A stretch of 64,000 nt of DNA from an uncultured Veillonellaceae bacterium (GTDB taxonomy: Bacteria; Bacillota; Negativicutes; JARBTT01), in assembly GCA_963805085.1 (NCBI GenBank), contig CAWDTA010000005.1:704001-768000 (forward strand). The letters are read 5' to 3'. This document shows positions 1 through 10,177 of this stretch, piece by piece (position 1 is the stretch's first letter; the number at the start of each line of letters is the position of its first letter). Both the position numbers and the translations under genes were made by a program. The notes below the pieces were generated by a model, which saw only the letters and a program-made list of their open reading frames with translations, searched no databases and was not told where the DNA came from.

Positions 1-2
1 AA

Positions 3-107
3 ATGTATCCAGAAGAATATGATGTCTGCGAATATGAAAATCATAATAAGTTTGATGATTGGCTAAAAGATCTAGTTAAATCAAAGGTTAGAAGACGGAA
101 CAGATAA
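3..107 (+). CDS. Short or 5'-truncated hypothetical ORF (MYPEEYDVCEYENHNKFDDWLKDLVKSKVRRRNR*), probably the last gene of the element interrupting sigK
   Basis: Open frame from the window edge to TAA 105-107. No resemblance to SigK although it is in the same frame as the sigK fragment. Confidence 0.35.
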   Translation: MYPEEYDVCEYENHNKFDDWLKDLVKSKVRRRNR

Positions 108-145
108 ACAGTAAGTGTTAATGAAATAACACTAATAGATGTTCT
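97..145. mobile_element. Putative right attachment site of a sigK-intervening (skin-like) element
   Basis: In-frame SigK homology starts abruptly at 120. Inverted repeat AGTGTTA(114-120)-ATGAAA-TAACACT(127-133) spans the junction. AATGA at 120-124. Confidence 0.55.
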
Positions 146-401
146 TGGAACTGATTCTGATGTTGTAGCAGAATCGGTTGAAACACAGTGTGAGAATGAA
201 CGATTAACAAATCAAATCAATACATTGAATCAGCGGGAAAAATTGGTGCTTAATATGCGTTTTGGTATACCAGATGGCGTTCGTAAAACACAACGTGATA
301 TTGCAAAGATTTTAGGAATATCACGTAGCTATGTATCAAGAATTGAGAAAAAGGCCGTCACAAAAATCGGTAAAAGTTTATATGCGGAAGAAAAGAAGTA
401 A
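120..401 (+). CDS. sigK: 3' fragment (93 aa) of sporulation sigma factor SigK, no start codon of its own (split gene)
   Basis: Manual translation NEITLIDVLG...LNQREKLVLNMRFG...KTQRDIAKILGISRSYVSRIEKKA matches the SigK region 4 signature (ISRSYVSRIEK). In-frame stop at 105-107 upstream. Absent from the ORF track. Confidence 0.9.
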   Translation, partial: NEITLIDVLGTDSDVVAESVETQCENERLTNQINTLNQREKLVLNMRFGIPDGVRKTQRDIAKILGISRSYVSRIEKKAVTKIGKSLYAEEKK

Positions 402-448
402 TAACATAGTTTTAAGAATTGGTATAGAACATAAAAATTACGAGTAGT

Positions 449-486
449 ATAAAGAAACGACACCATTGTAGGTGTCGTTTCTTTAT
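449..486. terminator. Bidirectional intrinsic terminator between sigK and pncB
   Basis: ATAAAGAAACGACACC-attgta-GGTGTCGTTTCTTTAT, perfect 16-bp inverted repeat between convergent genes. Confidence 0.85.
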
Positions 487-494
487 GAAAATAT

Positions 495-1547
495 TTATTT
501 TATTAATTCTAATCGTGGATTAGGATTGAATTGGCGACCTTTTTTGGAGCTTGGTTTGCCATCTACTAAAACGATATCAGCAGTGAAGTCAAAGTTAGTC
601 GCGAAGATACTACTGCCAACAGCATAGACGTCAACAGGAACTTTATTTGCTTCAAATTTAGCGATTTTTTCAGGAGTGAAACCACCGGATACCATGATTT
701 TTACTTTGTTGAAACCTTCATTATTGAGTGCTTGACGAACATTTTTTACAAGTTGCTCATTAACGCCAGTAGGGACAAAATTCCCTAGTTGATTTATGAG
801 AGAAGCATCGACCATTTTATCGGAAGTGTCTAAGCGAACGCCATAAAGTTTATCGCCTAAAGCGCGAGCAACTTGTAAGCTTGTCTCTACACAATCATTG
901 TTGAAATCGACAAGGGCAACTCTACTTACTTTTGGATCAATATGCTTGTCAAAAGCCTGGGTTGCTTTTAGTGTATCACCTAAATAGGTTGCAATTAAGG
1001 CATGAGGAATTGTCCCGGCAGCTTCTACATCCCAAGCGACTGCGTTAGCAGGGGTGGAAATACCGCTCATGCCACCAATTTTTGCGGCGTAACCATCTGA
1101 TTGTTGTACGCTGTAATGATCAAAGCGAGATGGAAAAAATAATACAGGCTTACCGTTTGCTGCAGCGACAGTTTTGCTGGTATTTGTTGCGACTTTTGTT
1201 TGACGAGCAATTACGCCAAGATATACAGTTTCTAAATGCGAAAAATCTGCCAAGTCTCCTTCGAGTGTCATAATCGTTTCCCAAGGAGCAACTTTATCGC
1301 CGTCATGCAATGCATGGATGATAATATTTTCAGGATGATAAGCACAACGTTTGATGATCGCGATTGCCTCGTCAATTCCACAAAGTGTGGCATAATCTCG
1401 TTGGAAAATTTGCATAGTAACGCGAGGGTGATACTTGTCTTTATTTAAAATTTCTTGCGTCCGTAAGAAGTAAATATCACTATAAAATCCACTTTGGATT
1501 TCTTCGACAGGAATGTTAAATGAGTTTGGATCAAGCCGTTTTTTCAT
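495..1547 (-). CDS. pncB: Nicotinate phosphoribosyltransferase (short ~350 aa type)
   Basis: SDIYF, GTIPHAL, GVRLDTS, IMVSGGF and DFTADIV motifs. Confidence 0.8.
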   Translation of the reverse strand: MKKRLDPNSFNIPVEEIQSGFYSDIYFLRTQEILNKDKYHPRVTMQIFQRDYATLCGIDEAIAIIKRCAYHPENIIIHALHDGDKVAPWETIMTLEGDLADFSHLETVYLGVIARQTKVATNTSKTVAAANGKPVLFFPSRFDHYSVQQSDGYAAKIGGMSGISTPANAVAWDVEAAGTIPHALIATYLGDTLKATQAFDKHIDPKVSRVALVDFNNDCVETSLQVARALGDKLYGVRLDTSDKMVDASLINQLGNFVPTGVNEQLVKNVRQALNNEGFNKVKIMVSGGFTPEKIAKFEANKVPVDVYAVGSSIFATNFDFTADIVLVDGKPSSKKGRQFNPNPRLELIK

Positions 1548-1659
1548 TAAGTTTCCTCCTAATAGTACAAAACTATATTTAATATTTGTATATAATTTTT
1601 TAATATGTATAATAGTTATGATACAATAAAAATGTATTTACTGGCAATAGGGAGGAAGC

Positions 1660-2856
1660 ATGAATATAAATGTTGTTGAAATTAAAAGCCTTCTAGAGGC
1701 TCAATCTGAACTTGAAAAAATCAATTGTGATCCAATGGGTATCCACATTCTTAAGACTAAATCGGTTTTTAAAATAATAAAAATAGAGAACATTCGATCA
1801 AAAGCTGCTAATTTATTAAAACAAACCTTTTTAGGTAAGGGTGGTGATGTGGCAGTATCAAGACATGCAGCAGATTTAAGTGAAGAATTGACAGATGTCA
1901 TAATTTGTGCCACTGTTAAACAATATTGGCTTGCCTTGGCACAATTAAAAATTCAACCATGGGGGCTGGCCATGCTTGCGGTTGAAATAGAGGGAATATT
2001 AAATAATATAGACCAATTACCCAGTCGTGATTATAAATGGAAAGACAGGAATTTAACGATTGATAGCGAAAATAGTCTAGTAATGGGGATTTTAAATATT
2101 ACGCCAGACTCATTTTCGGATGGTGGTAAGTACAATAACCTAGAAATAGTGATTCAACGTGTAAAAGAGATGCAAGTTGATGGTGCGGATATCATTGATA
2201 TAGGTGCTGAATCAACAAGACCGTACAAAGGGTCTGAAAAAATTTCTGCCGAGCAAGAAATGGAAAGATTAATTCCTGCACTCGAAGCTGTTTTACCGTA
2301 CTGTAAAGTGCCAGTCTCAATTGATACTTATAAGGCGCGTGTGGCAGAAGAAGCGCTAAAATGTGGAGCCCATATCATCAATGATGTATGGGGATTGCAA
2401 TACGACGTAGACATGGCGGGTGTTGTAGCAAAATATGACGTACCTGTTGTGGTAATGCATAATAGAAATGAAATTAGTTATCCTGAAGGAATTATGAACG
2501 ATATCAATCACTTTCTAAAAAAAAGTATTGCTATAGGTATAGAAAATGGAATAAAACGTGAAAATATAATTATTGATCCTGGTATCGGTTTTGCAAAAAC
2601 AGTTGAGCAGAATTTATATATCATGTCAAAATTAGAGCAATTACAAGTGCTAGGGTGTCCAGTGCTTCTAGGAACTTCACGTAAACGTTTTATTGGTGAG
2701 GTACTAGAATTGCCGGTTAATGATCGGGTTGAAGGTACGATTGCGACAGCAGTACTCGGTAAAATGAAAGGTGTTCAAATTCACCGAGTTCATGATATAA
2801 AACAAGTTAAAAGAACTTTAAAAATGATGGATGCAATGATGAGGAGTAGAGAATGA
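1660..2856 (+). CDS. folP: Dihydropteroate synthase with ~130 aa N-terminal extension
   Basis: VMGILNITPDSFSDGG, DIGAESTRP, IDPGIGFAK, GTSRKRF, RVHD. RBS GGGAGG. Confidence 0.95.
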   Translation: MNINVVEIKSLLEAQSELEKINCDPMGIHILKTKSVFKIIKIENIRSKAANLLKQTFLGKGGDVAVSRHAADLSEELTDVIICATVKQYWLALAQLKIQPWGLAMLAVEIEGILNNIDQLPSRDYKWKDRNLTIDSENSLVMGILNITPDSFSDGGKYNNLEIVIQRVKEMQVDGADIIDIGAESTRPYKGSEKISAEQEMERLIPALEAVLPYCKVPVSIDTYKARVAEEALKCGAHIINDVWGLQYDVDMAGVVAKYDVPVVVMHNRNEISYPEGIMNDINHFLKKSIAIGIENGIKRENIIIDPGIGFAKTVEQNLYIMSKLEQLQVLGCPVLLGTSRKRFIGEVLELPVNDRVEGTIATAVLGKMKGVQIHRVHDIKQVKRTLKMMDAMMRSRE

Positions 2857-3218
2857 TGACTAAAATTTTAATTAGCAATGTAATGTTTTATGGGTTTCAT
2901 GGTGTATATGAATATGAACGTGAGCAGGGACAACGGTTCTATTTTGATGTTGAAATGCAAACATCAAATGACGAAGCAGCTGATACAGATGAATTGGATC
3001 ATGCAGTTGATTATATCTCTGTTTATCAATTGGTAAAAGATGTGGCAGAGCATAAGAGATTCAGCTTACTTGAAGCATTGTCTGCACATATTGGTGATCA
3101 AATTTTAGCGACATATGACACAGTTGGTGAAGTGACTGTACGTGTTCGTAAACCTTCAGTACCAATAGCAGGTCCGATTGATTTTGTGCAAGTAGAGACA
3201 ACTCGGAGGCGTAGATAA
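2853..3218 (+). CDS. folB: Dihydroneopterin aldolase
   Basis: FYGFHGVYEYEREQGQRF, VDY, LLEAL, VRKP. Overlaps the folP stop. Confidence 0.93.
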   Translation: MMTKILISNVMFYGFHGVYEYEREQGQRFYFDVEMQTSNDEAADTDELDHAVDYISVYQLVKDVAEHKRFSLLEALSAHIGDQILATYDTVGEVTVRVRKPSVPIAGPIDFVQVETTRRRR

Positions 3219-3219
3219 T

Positions 3220-3711
3220 ATGATTTTATTGGGTTTAGGCTCTAATAGGGGTGATAGAAAACAAAATATTTTAGCTGCAATTGATAAAATCAATGCAAAT
3301 ACACAAGTTACTGTAGAAAAAATTTCTTCTATTTACGAAACAGAACCATATGGACTAAAAAATCAAGCAAGTTATTTAAATGGAGTAGTTGAAATATCTA
3401 CGAATCTATTGCCGGAAGAATTATTGGATGCCTGCCTATTGATTGAAAAAGAATTAGGGCGAACTAGGAGCGTCCATTGGGGACCTAGAACAATTGATAT
3501 TGATCTATTGCTTTATCATGATATTACTTTATCTTTACCAAAGTTAACTTTACCACATCCTTATCTGGCATTGCGAAGATTTGTATTAGTACCGATGCTC
3601 AATATAACAAATGCTGTTATTATGAATGGTTGTAATGTTCAGCAGCTGTTAGAGGTTTGTTCAGATGATGGCAAAGTCGAGATTTACGAAGAAAATATTT
3701 TCGAGGAGTAG
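3220..3711 (+). CDS. folK: 2-amino-4-hydroxy-6-hydroxymethyldihydropteridine diphosphokinase
   Basis: LGLGSN, SSIYETEP, WGPRTIDIDLL, LPHP, RRFVLVP. Confidence 0.95.
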   Translation: MILLGLGSNRGDRKQNILAAIDKINANTQVTVEKISSIYETEPYGLKNQASYLNGVVEISTNLLPEELLDACLLIEKELGRTRSVHWGPRTIDIDLLLYHDITLSLPKLTLPHPYLALRRFVLVPMLNITNAVIMNGCNVQQLLEVCSDDGKVEIYEENIFEE

Positions 3712-4850
3712 TGGATTACATGGGAAAATCGTTGAAAGTTTTGTTTTTGAGTGCACCGATTGGTGTTGGTCATCAGCAAGCTGCTATGGCAATTGCTCAT
3801 GCAATGCAACGTATCAATCCGGATATTGTGATTGAACATGTTGATACTTTTGAATATTTAAATAAATTTTTTGGACGTGCATTGTTAAGTATTTATTTTA
3901 AAAGCCTTTCTTCGTTGCCCCAAGCATATGCATTAGCATATGCTTGGGGCAACGAAAGTAAATGGGCATTGCTTATGAGACGGTGCATTAGTTGTTTTTT
4001 TGCCAATGAAATGAAATCATATTTACTCGATTATGCACCAGATGTTGTCGTGTGTACGCATGCAACGCCAGCAGGAATGATGCATTATTTAAAGGAAGAA
4101 TGCCAAATTGATCTTCACACTGTTGGTGTCGTTACGGATTTTGCTGTACATAGGCTTTGGATTAATAAAACGATAAAACAATATTTTGTGGCTGAAGAAA
4201 GCCTGCTACAAGATTTAATAAAGTATCAAATCAAACAGGAACAAAGCTATGCTTTTGGGATTCCTGTTTCTATTATGTATGGACAAAATTATAATAAAAG
4301 TATGCTTTTAGAGCGTATTGGTTTTTCTAAAAATAGTAGAGTGGTATTACTCATGGGTGGTGGTGCAGGTCTATTTCCGATGATAGAAGCGATTGAAGCT
4401 TTAAATCAGTGTAAAACAGAGTTGCAGTTAATCATTGTTACTGGTAAAAATAAAAAAATTTATGATAAACTAAAAAAAATCAAACGATTTATTCGGCATG
4501 ATATGAAAGTGTTTGGATTTGTTAACAATGTACACGAGCTTATGGCGATGTCTGATGTGCTTATTTCAAAAGCAGGAGGCTTAACTGTAAGTGAAGCACT
4601 ATGCTCAGGATTACCAATGTTAATATATAAGCCCATCCCGGGGCAGGAAGAAGAAAATACAAAATTTTTAATAAAGAAAAAAGTTGCAATCAGAATTGAT
4701 AAAATTAGTATATTAGAAAAGGTAATTGACAAAATATTTAGAATAGAATCTAATGTACTTGATAATATGAAAATTAATGCCAAGAAGATTTCAAAGCCAA
4801 ATGCAGCAGAAAATATCGCAGATTGTATTTTAAATAACCTTTGCAAATAA
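3711..4850 (+). CDS. MGDG-synthase/UgtP-like diacylglycerol glycosyltransferase (GT28)
   Basis: SAPIGVGH, VVCTH, VVTDF..H..W, GIPV, LMGGG, SKAGGLTVSEAL, PIPGQEEEN. Start GTG 3711 or ATG 3720. Confidence 0.85.
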   Translation: MDYMGKSLKVLFLSAPIGVGHQQAAMAIAHAMQRINPDIVIEHVDTFEYLNKFFGRALLSIYFKSLSSLPQAYALAYAWGNESKWALLMRRCISCFFANEMKSYLLDYAPDVVVCTHATPAGMMHYLKEECQIDLHTVGVVTDFAVHRLWINKTIKQYFVAEESLLQDLIKYQIKQEQSYAFGIPVSIMYGQNYNKSMLLERIGFSKNSRVVLLMGGGAGLFPMIEAIEALNQCKTELQLIIVTGKNKKIYDKLKKIKRFIRHDMKVFGFVNNVHELMAMSDVLISKAGGLTVSEALCSGLPMLIYKPIPGQEEENTKFLIKKKVAIRIDKISILEKVIDKIFRIESNVLDNMKINAKKISKPNAAENIADCILNNLCK

Positions 4851-4860
4851 TTGACGGTGA

Positions 4861-4890
4861 TTGTAATATAAAATAGTGATGTGTTATAAT
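4861..4890 (+). promoter_or_regulatory. SigA-type promoter for the dprA-topA operon
   Basis: TTGTAA-N18-TATAAT with extended -10 TG at 4882-4883. Confidence 0.5.
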
Positions 4891-4948
4891 TACCCATAAT
4901 TTGAAACTTTATTTAGATCACAGAGATTTTACTAGGTGGTGTTGGCAA

Positions 4949-6040
4949 GTGGACAAAATATTTTTGGCTGTATTGCAAATGGTGCCAGGAATCGGTAGTG
5001 CGCATTTACGCAAATTGATGGACTACTTTGGTAATGCTGAGCGCGTTTGGTATGCGAGTGATAGGGAAATACGTTTTAGTGGTTGCCTTGACAAGGCTAG
5101 TTGTGTTAAATTAACTGAGTTGAGACAAAAATCAATAGACATAGATAAATTAACGAGTTTATGGGAAAAACAAAAGATTCATTTATGTAGCTATCAGGAT
5201 GAACTGTATCCAAAGGGACTAAGAAATATCTTTAACCCCCCGATGTTACTTTTTTATCGCGGTGATATGAGGTTTTATAATCGAAGTATTGCAATTGTTG
5301 GAGCACGAAAAGCGTCCAATTATGGTAGAAATATTGCCAAGATGTTAGGTCGTGAGCTAACAAAATCTAATATGAGTATAATCAGTGGTGCGGCGATTGG
5401 TATTGATACAGCTGCGCATCAGGGGGCTTTAGAAGTAGGGGCAACGGTAGCAGTATTAGGCTGTGGCGTCAACGTTAGTTATCCACCTGAGAATCATAAA
5501 TTATTAGATCAAATTGCTGAATGTGGCCTCATTCTTTCCGAATATGCACCAGGCACTAGTCCAAATCCAAAGTTTTTCCCAGCACGCAATCGGATTATAA
5601 GTGGAATAGCAGATGGGACCGTGGTGGTTGAAGCAGCACTTAAAAGTGGCTCGTTGATTACAGCTGAATTTGCCCTAAGTGAAGGCAGGGATGTTTTTGC
5701 TGTGCCGGGCAGCGTGTTTTCATCGACCAGTAGAGGCTGTCATAAATTAATTAAACAAGGTGCTAAACTAGTTGAATCAGTGAATGATATATTGGAAGAA
5801 TATAATTTGACGTATTCAGCGGCTGAAAAAAATAGTGCTATTGTGTTATCTAAGGAAGAAAAATCTATTTATGAATTATTAACATATAATGAACCTATGA
5901 CTATAGATGAAATAATATTAAAAACACGAAGTGATGTTTCAAATATCACTTTTATATTATTGCAAATGGAATTGCGTGGCTTATTGCTTGAACATAGCCC
6001 GCATTGCTATGTTCGTGCTATTAAGGAGGACGTTTTGTGA
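4949..6040 (+). CDS. dprA: DNA processing protein DprA
   Basis: IAIVGAR, SGAAIGID, VLGCG, FPARNRIISG, VVEAALKSGSLITA, VFAVPG. GTG start after AGGTGG (ORF track start 4901). Confidence 0.93.
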   Translation: MDKIFLAVLQMVPGIGSAHLRKLMDYFGNAERVWYASDREIRFSGCLDKASCVKLTELRQKSIDIDKLTSLWEKQKIHLCSYQDELYPKGLRNIFNPPMLLFYRGDMRFYNRSIAIVGARKASNYGRNIAKMLGRELTKSNMSIISGAAIGIDTAAHQGALEVGATVAVLGCGVNVSYPPENHKLLDQIAECGLILSEYAPGTSPNPKFFPARNRIISGIADGTVVVEAALKSGSLITAEFALSEGRDVFAVPGSVFSSTSRGCHKLIKQGAKLVESVNDILEEYNLTYSAAEKNSAIVLSKEEKSIYELLTYNEPMTIDEIILKTRSDVSNITFILLQMELRGLLLEHSPHCYVRAIKEDVL

Positions 6041-8298
6041 GTAAAACACTAGTTGTTGTAGAATCGCCGGCAAAAGCCAAAACAATAGAAAAATATTTAG
6101 GTAAAAATTATACCGTAAAGGCTTCTATGGGGCATTTACGAGATTTGCCTAAGAGTCAATTTGGAGTAGATCTTGAAAATGATTTTACACCGAAATATAT
6201 TAATATCCGTGGCAAAGGCGATATTATTAAATCGTTAAAAGCAGCAGCGAAAAATGCAGATAAAGTTTATCTCGCATCTGACCCGGATCGTGAAGGGGAG
6301 GCGATTGCTTGGCATTTAGCACATATATTAAATGTTGATGAGTACGAATCTTGTAGAATCGTATTTAACGAGATTACGAAGCCTGCGATACAAGAAGCTG
6401 TGAAAAGACCACGTCCAATTAATCTGGATCGCGTTGATGCGCAACAAGCACGTCGTATGTTAGATCGAATTGTGGGTTATAAATTAAGCCCACTTTTATG
6501 GCGTAAAGTTCGTAAAGGGCTAAGTGCAGGGCGGGTGCAGTCAGTAACCGTAAAACTAATCTGCGATCGGGAAAAAGAAGTACAAAGCTTTGTGTCAGAA
6601 GAATATTGGTCAGTCGAAGTGAAACTAAGAGAAAAACCAAAATCGGCAATATTTGACGCGGAATTAGTGACGATTGATGGAAATAAGCTTTCGATTGGCG
6701 AGGAAGCAGAAGCAGAAAAGGTACGGGAAGATCTAGAAAAGCAATCCTTTATCGTAAATGAAGTGAAAAAACGTCAACGCCAGCGTAAACCCGCACCACC
6801 GTTTATCACGAGTAGTTTACAACAAGATGCGTCACGTAAATTAGGTTTTACTTCTCGTAAAACGATGATGCTTGCCCAACAATTATATGAAGGCTTGGAA
6901 TTGAGCAAAAAAGGCCCTGTTGGATTGATTAGTTATATGCGTACGGATTCGACTCGCGTATCTGAAATTGCGCAGAAAGAGGCAATTGATTACGTTAACG
7001 AAAAATTTGGCAGTAGTTACTTGCCAGAAAAACCACCTATATATTCAACGAAAAAATCGCAAGATGCGCATGAAGCGATTCGTCCAACCAGTGTATTATT
7101 TACACCGGATAGTATCGCGACGAGCCTATCTAAAGATCAGTTAAAACTTTATACGCTTATTTGGGAACGTTTTGTTGCGAGTCAAATGTCAGCGGCGATT
7201 TATGACACGTTGACTATTGCGATTCAAGCTGGTAAATATGGCATCAAAGCAACTGGTTCACAATTGAAATTCGCTGGTTTTACTGCTATATATATTGAAG
7301 GAAAAGATAAAAAAGAAAACGAGAAAGATGTAAGTTTACCGGAGCTTGAGGTTAATCAAGTGATAAACTTACAAAAAGTTTTACCGAAGCAACATTTCAC
7401 CGAACCACCACCAAGATATAATGAAGCTTCCCTTGTTAAAATTCTTGAAGAAAAAGGAATTGGTCGTCCAAGTACCTATTCGCCAATTATTGAAACAATT
7501 TTAGGCAGAGGCTATGTGGTTCGGGTAGAGAAAAATTTTGAACCAACAGAACTTGGTTTTGTTGTAGTTGATATGCTGAAAGAATATTTTGAAGATATTG
7601 TTGATGCGGAATTCTCTGCGAGCCTTGAAAATAAACTGGATGAAATTGCCGAAGGTAAAATCGAAAAAAATGAGCTGTTAAAGCAATTTTATGAACCATT
7701 TGCTAAAACACTGGAACATGCTGAAGAGGAAATCGGGCATGTAGAACTTCCTGTAGAAGTTTCTGATGTTCCATGTGAGCACTGTGGTAGGCTGATGGTA
7801 GTAAAGCAAGGGCGTTATGGCAAGTTTTTAGCCTGCCCGGGCTTTCCTGAATGTAGAAATACGAAAGCATTATTAAAAGACACTGGAGCGCTCTGTGTAA
7901 AGTGCGGCGGTAATATCGTAGAGCGTCGCACAAAACGCGGTAAGAATTTCTACGGTTGTAAAAATTATCCTGATTGTGATTTTGTCACTTGGGATATGCC
8001 GATGAAAGAAACTTGCCCGACTTGCGCTGCGGCTATGCTAAAGCATAACTATAAAAATGGTCGGTTTCTTCTTTACTGTAGCAATGAAGTTTGTGAGACG
8101 AGAAAAGATAACCCAATTAATAAGGAATTAGATAAGTTAAAGAAGAGGGCAGAAACAAAAGCTGAAAATAGTAAAAGTGATGAAAATGCAACCAAAACCA
8201 CAAAAACAATGAAGCAAGCGAAAAAATCTGCGGTCAAATCGACAAAAAAAAGTACGGCAAAAAAGAAAACAAGTACGAATAAAACGGAGGAAAATTAG
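6037..8298 (+). CDS. topA: DNA topoisomerase I
   Basis: [33 protein letters not shown], Cys zinc ribbons, Lys-rich tail. Confidence 0.97.
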   Translation: MSKTLVVVESPAKAKTIEKYLGKNYTVKASMGHLRDLPKSQFGVDLENDFTPKYINIRGKGDIIKSLKAAAKNADKVYLASDPDREGEAIAWHLAHILNVDEYESCRIVFNEITKPAIQEAVKRPRPINLDRVDAQQARRMLDRIVGYKLSPLLWRKVRKGLSAGRVQSVTVKLICDREKEVQSFVSEEYWSVEVKLREKPKSAIFDAELVTIDGNKLSIGEEAEAEKVREDLEKQSFIVNEVKKRQRQRKPAPPFITSSLQQDASRKLGFTSRKTMMLAQQLYEGLELSKKGPVGLISYMRTDSTRVSEIAQKEAIDYVNEKFGSSYLPEKPPIYSTKKSQDAHEAIRPTSVLFTPDSIATSLSKDQLKLYTLIWERFVASQMSAAIYDTLTIAIQAGKYGIKATGSQLKFAGFTAIYIEGKDKKENEKDVSLPELEVNQVINLQKVLPKQHFTEPPPRYNEASLVKILEEKGIGRPSTYSPIIETILGRGYVVRVEKNFEPTELGFVVVDMLKEYFEDIVDAEFSASLENKLDEIAEGKIEKNELLKQFYEPFAKTLEHAEEEIGHVELPVEVSDVPCEHCGRLMVVKQGRYGKFLACPGFPECRNTKALLKDTGALCVKCGGNIVERRTKRGKNFYGCKNYPDCDFVTWDMPMKETCPTCAAAMLKHNYKNGRFLLYCSNEVCETRKDNPINKELDKLKKRAETKAENSKSDENATKTTKTMKQAKKSAVKSTKKSTAKKKTSTNKTEEN

Positions 8299-9605
8299 TG
8301 GCTAAAGTAATTGTTATTGGAGCAGGTCTCGCGGGCAGTGAAGCTGCTTGGCAAATCGCTCAAAAAGGTATCAACGTAGATTTATTTGAAATGCGGCCTA
8401 AAGTATCAACGCCAGCACATCATAGTGAGAATTTTGCGGAATTGGTATGTAGTAATTCTCTTCGTGGCGCTGGTCTTGAAAATGCAGTAGGATTAATGAA
8501 AGAAGAAATGCGCCAAATGAGTTCACTCATTATGGAAGCTGCAGATGCGACGAAAGTCCCGGCTGGTGGTGCTCTTGCTGTCGATCGTCAGGGTTTCAGT
8601 GAATATATTACAAAAAAAATTAGAAATCATGCATTGATTCGGATTATAAATGAAGAGGTGACTGAAATCCCGCAGACGGATGATGTTGTTATTATAGCAA
8701 GTGGGCCCTTAACTTCACCGTTATTCTCTCAAGAAATTGCGAAATTAACAGGGCAAGAATATTTATATTTCTATGATGCGGCGTCACCAATTGTAGTGAA
8801 AGAATCTTTAAATATGGATAAAGCTTATAAAGCATCACGTTATGGTAAAGGTGATGATGACTATATTAACTGTCCGATGAATAAAGAAGAATATCAAGTG
8901 TTTTGGAATGAACTTGTGAATGCAGAGAAAACAGAAACGAAAGATTTTGAAAAAGCAATTTTCTTTGAAGGCTGTATGCCTGTCGAAGAAATGGCAAGTC
9001 GTGGTGTAGATACGCTGCGATACGGCCCGTTAAAACCAGTCGGTCTTGAACATCCGGTAACTGGTGAAAAGCCATATGCAGTTGTTCAACTGCGCCAAGA
9101 TAATTATGCGGCAAGTCTTTATAATATTGTAGGTTTTCAGACGCATTTAAAATGGCCAGAACAAAAGCGGGTGTTCGGTCTTATCCCGGGCTTAGATACA
9201 GCGGAGTTTGTTCGATATGGTGTCATGCACCGCAATACCTTTATCAATTCGCCAACGGTACTAAAACCTACTTTGCAAATGCAAAAAAATGCAAACATAT
9301 TGTTTGCAGGTCAAATGACAGGCGTAGAGGGCTATATTGAATCAGCGGCTTGCGGTCTAGTTGCGGGGATAAATGCAGCGAAAATAGCGAGTGGTCAAGA
9401 ACCAGTTATATATCCTGCCGATACAGCACACGGGGCGATGTGTCAATATATTACGAATGCAGATGCGAAAAAATTTCAACCGATGAATGTAAATTTCGGT
9501 CTGTTGCCGCCACTTGAGGAAAGAATAAAAGACAAAAAAATAAAAAATCGTACGATTTCTGAACGGGCATTGTCGAGCTTAGAAAGCTTTAAACATAACA
9601 TATAA
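8298..9605 (+). CDS. trmFO: Folate-dependent tRNA m5U54 methyltransferase TrmFO (Gid)
   Basis: [46 protein letters not shown]. Confidence 0.96.
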   Translation: MAKVIVIGAGLAGSEAAWQIAQKGINVDLFEMRPKVSTPAHHSENFAELVCSNSLRGAGLENAVGLMKEEMRQMSSLIMEAADATKVPAGGALAVDRQGFSEYITKKIRNHALIRIINEEVTEIPQTDDVVIIASGPLTSPLFSQEIAKLTGQEYLYFYDAASPIVVKESLNMDKAYKASRYGKGDDDYINCPMNKEEYQVFWNELVNAEKTETKDFEKAIFFEGCMPVEEMASRGVDTLRYGPLKPVGLEHPVTGEKPYAVVQLRQDNYAASLYNIVGFQTHLKWPEQKRVFGLIPGLDTAEFVRYGVMHRNTFINSPTVLKPTLQMQKNANILFAGQMTGVEGYIESAACGLVAGINAAKIASGQEPVIYPADTAHGAMCQYITNADAKKFQPMNVNFGLLPPLEERIKDKKIKNRTISERALSSLESFKHNI

Positions 9606-9638
9606 AATGCACGAAATTGTGCATAGGGAGGTGCTACT

Positions 9639-10172
9639 ATGTTTCATGCTACAACAATCGTGGCGGTAAAACACAAGGGGAAAACAGCAATTGCCGGTGA
9701 TGGCCAAGTTACATTTGGCGGCAATACAGTAATGAAGCATAATGCTAAAAAAGTTAGACGCTTATATCATGGTAAAATTCTGGCAGGTTTTGCTGGTTCC
9801 GTCGCCGATGCATTTACCTTGTTTGGTAAATTTGAAACTAAACTAGAAGAGTTTAATGGAAACTTAATGCGCGCAGCTGTAGAACTTGCCAAGGAATGGC
9901 GTACGGACCGTGTACTTAGAAAATTAGAGGCTCTGCTGCTTATCATGGATAGCGAGAAAATGCTCATCTTATCTGGCAATGGCGAAGTTATTGAGCCAGA
10001 TGATGGTGTAGCTGCAATTGGCTCTGGTGGTGCATATGCTTTGGCGGCTGCCCGTGGAATGGTAAGACATTCTGACTTATCTGCACCTGAAATTGTGAAA
10101 GAAGCTTTGGAAATTGCAGCAGATATCTGTGTATTTACCAATCATCATATCACCGTAGAAGAGCTAGATTAG
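9639..10172 (+). CDS. hslV: ATP-dependent protease subunit HslV (ClpQ)
   Basis: HATTI..., [24 protein letters not shown]. Confidence 0.97.
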   Translation: MFHATTIVAVKHKGKTAIAGDGQVTFGGNTVMKHNAKKVRRLYHGKILAGFAGSVADAFTLFGKFETKLEEFNGNLMRAAVELAKEWRTDRVLRKLEALLLIMDSEKMLILSGNGEVIEPDDGVAAIGSGGAYALAAARGMVRHSDLSAPEIVKEALEIAADICVFTNHHITVEELD

Positions 10173-10177
10173 GAGGG

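Noticed and set aside
100-116. ACAGATAAA resembling my recollection of the SPbeta attachment core
   Set aside because: Only ~9 bp match and a different target gene; likely chance.
1562-1576. ATAGT-N5-ACTAT palindrome upstream of pncB as an NAD-regulator (NrtR) site
   Set aside because: Short, AT-rich, and the spacing does not fit the GT-N7-AC core I recall.
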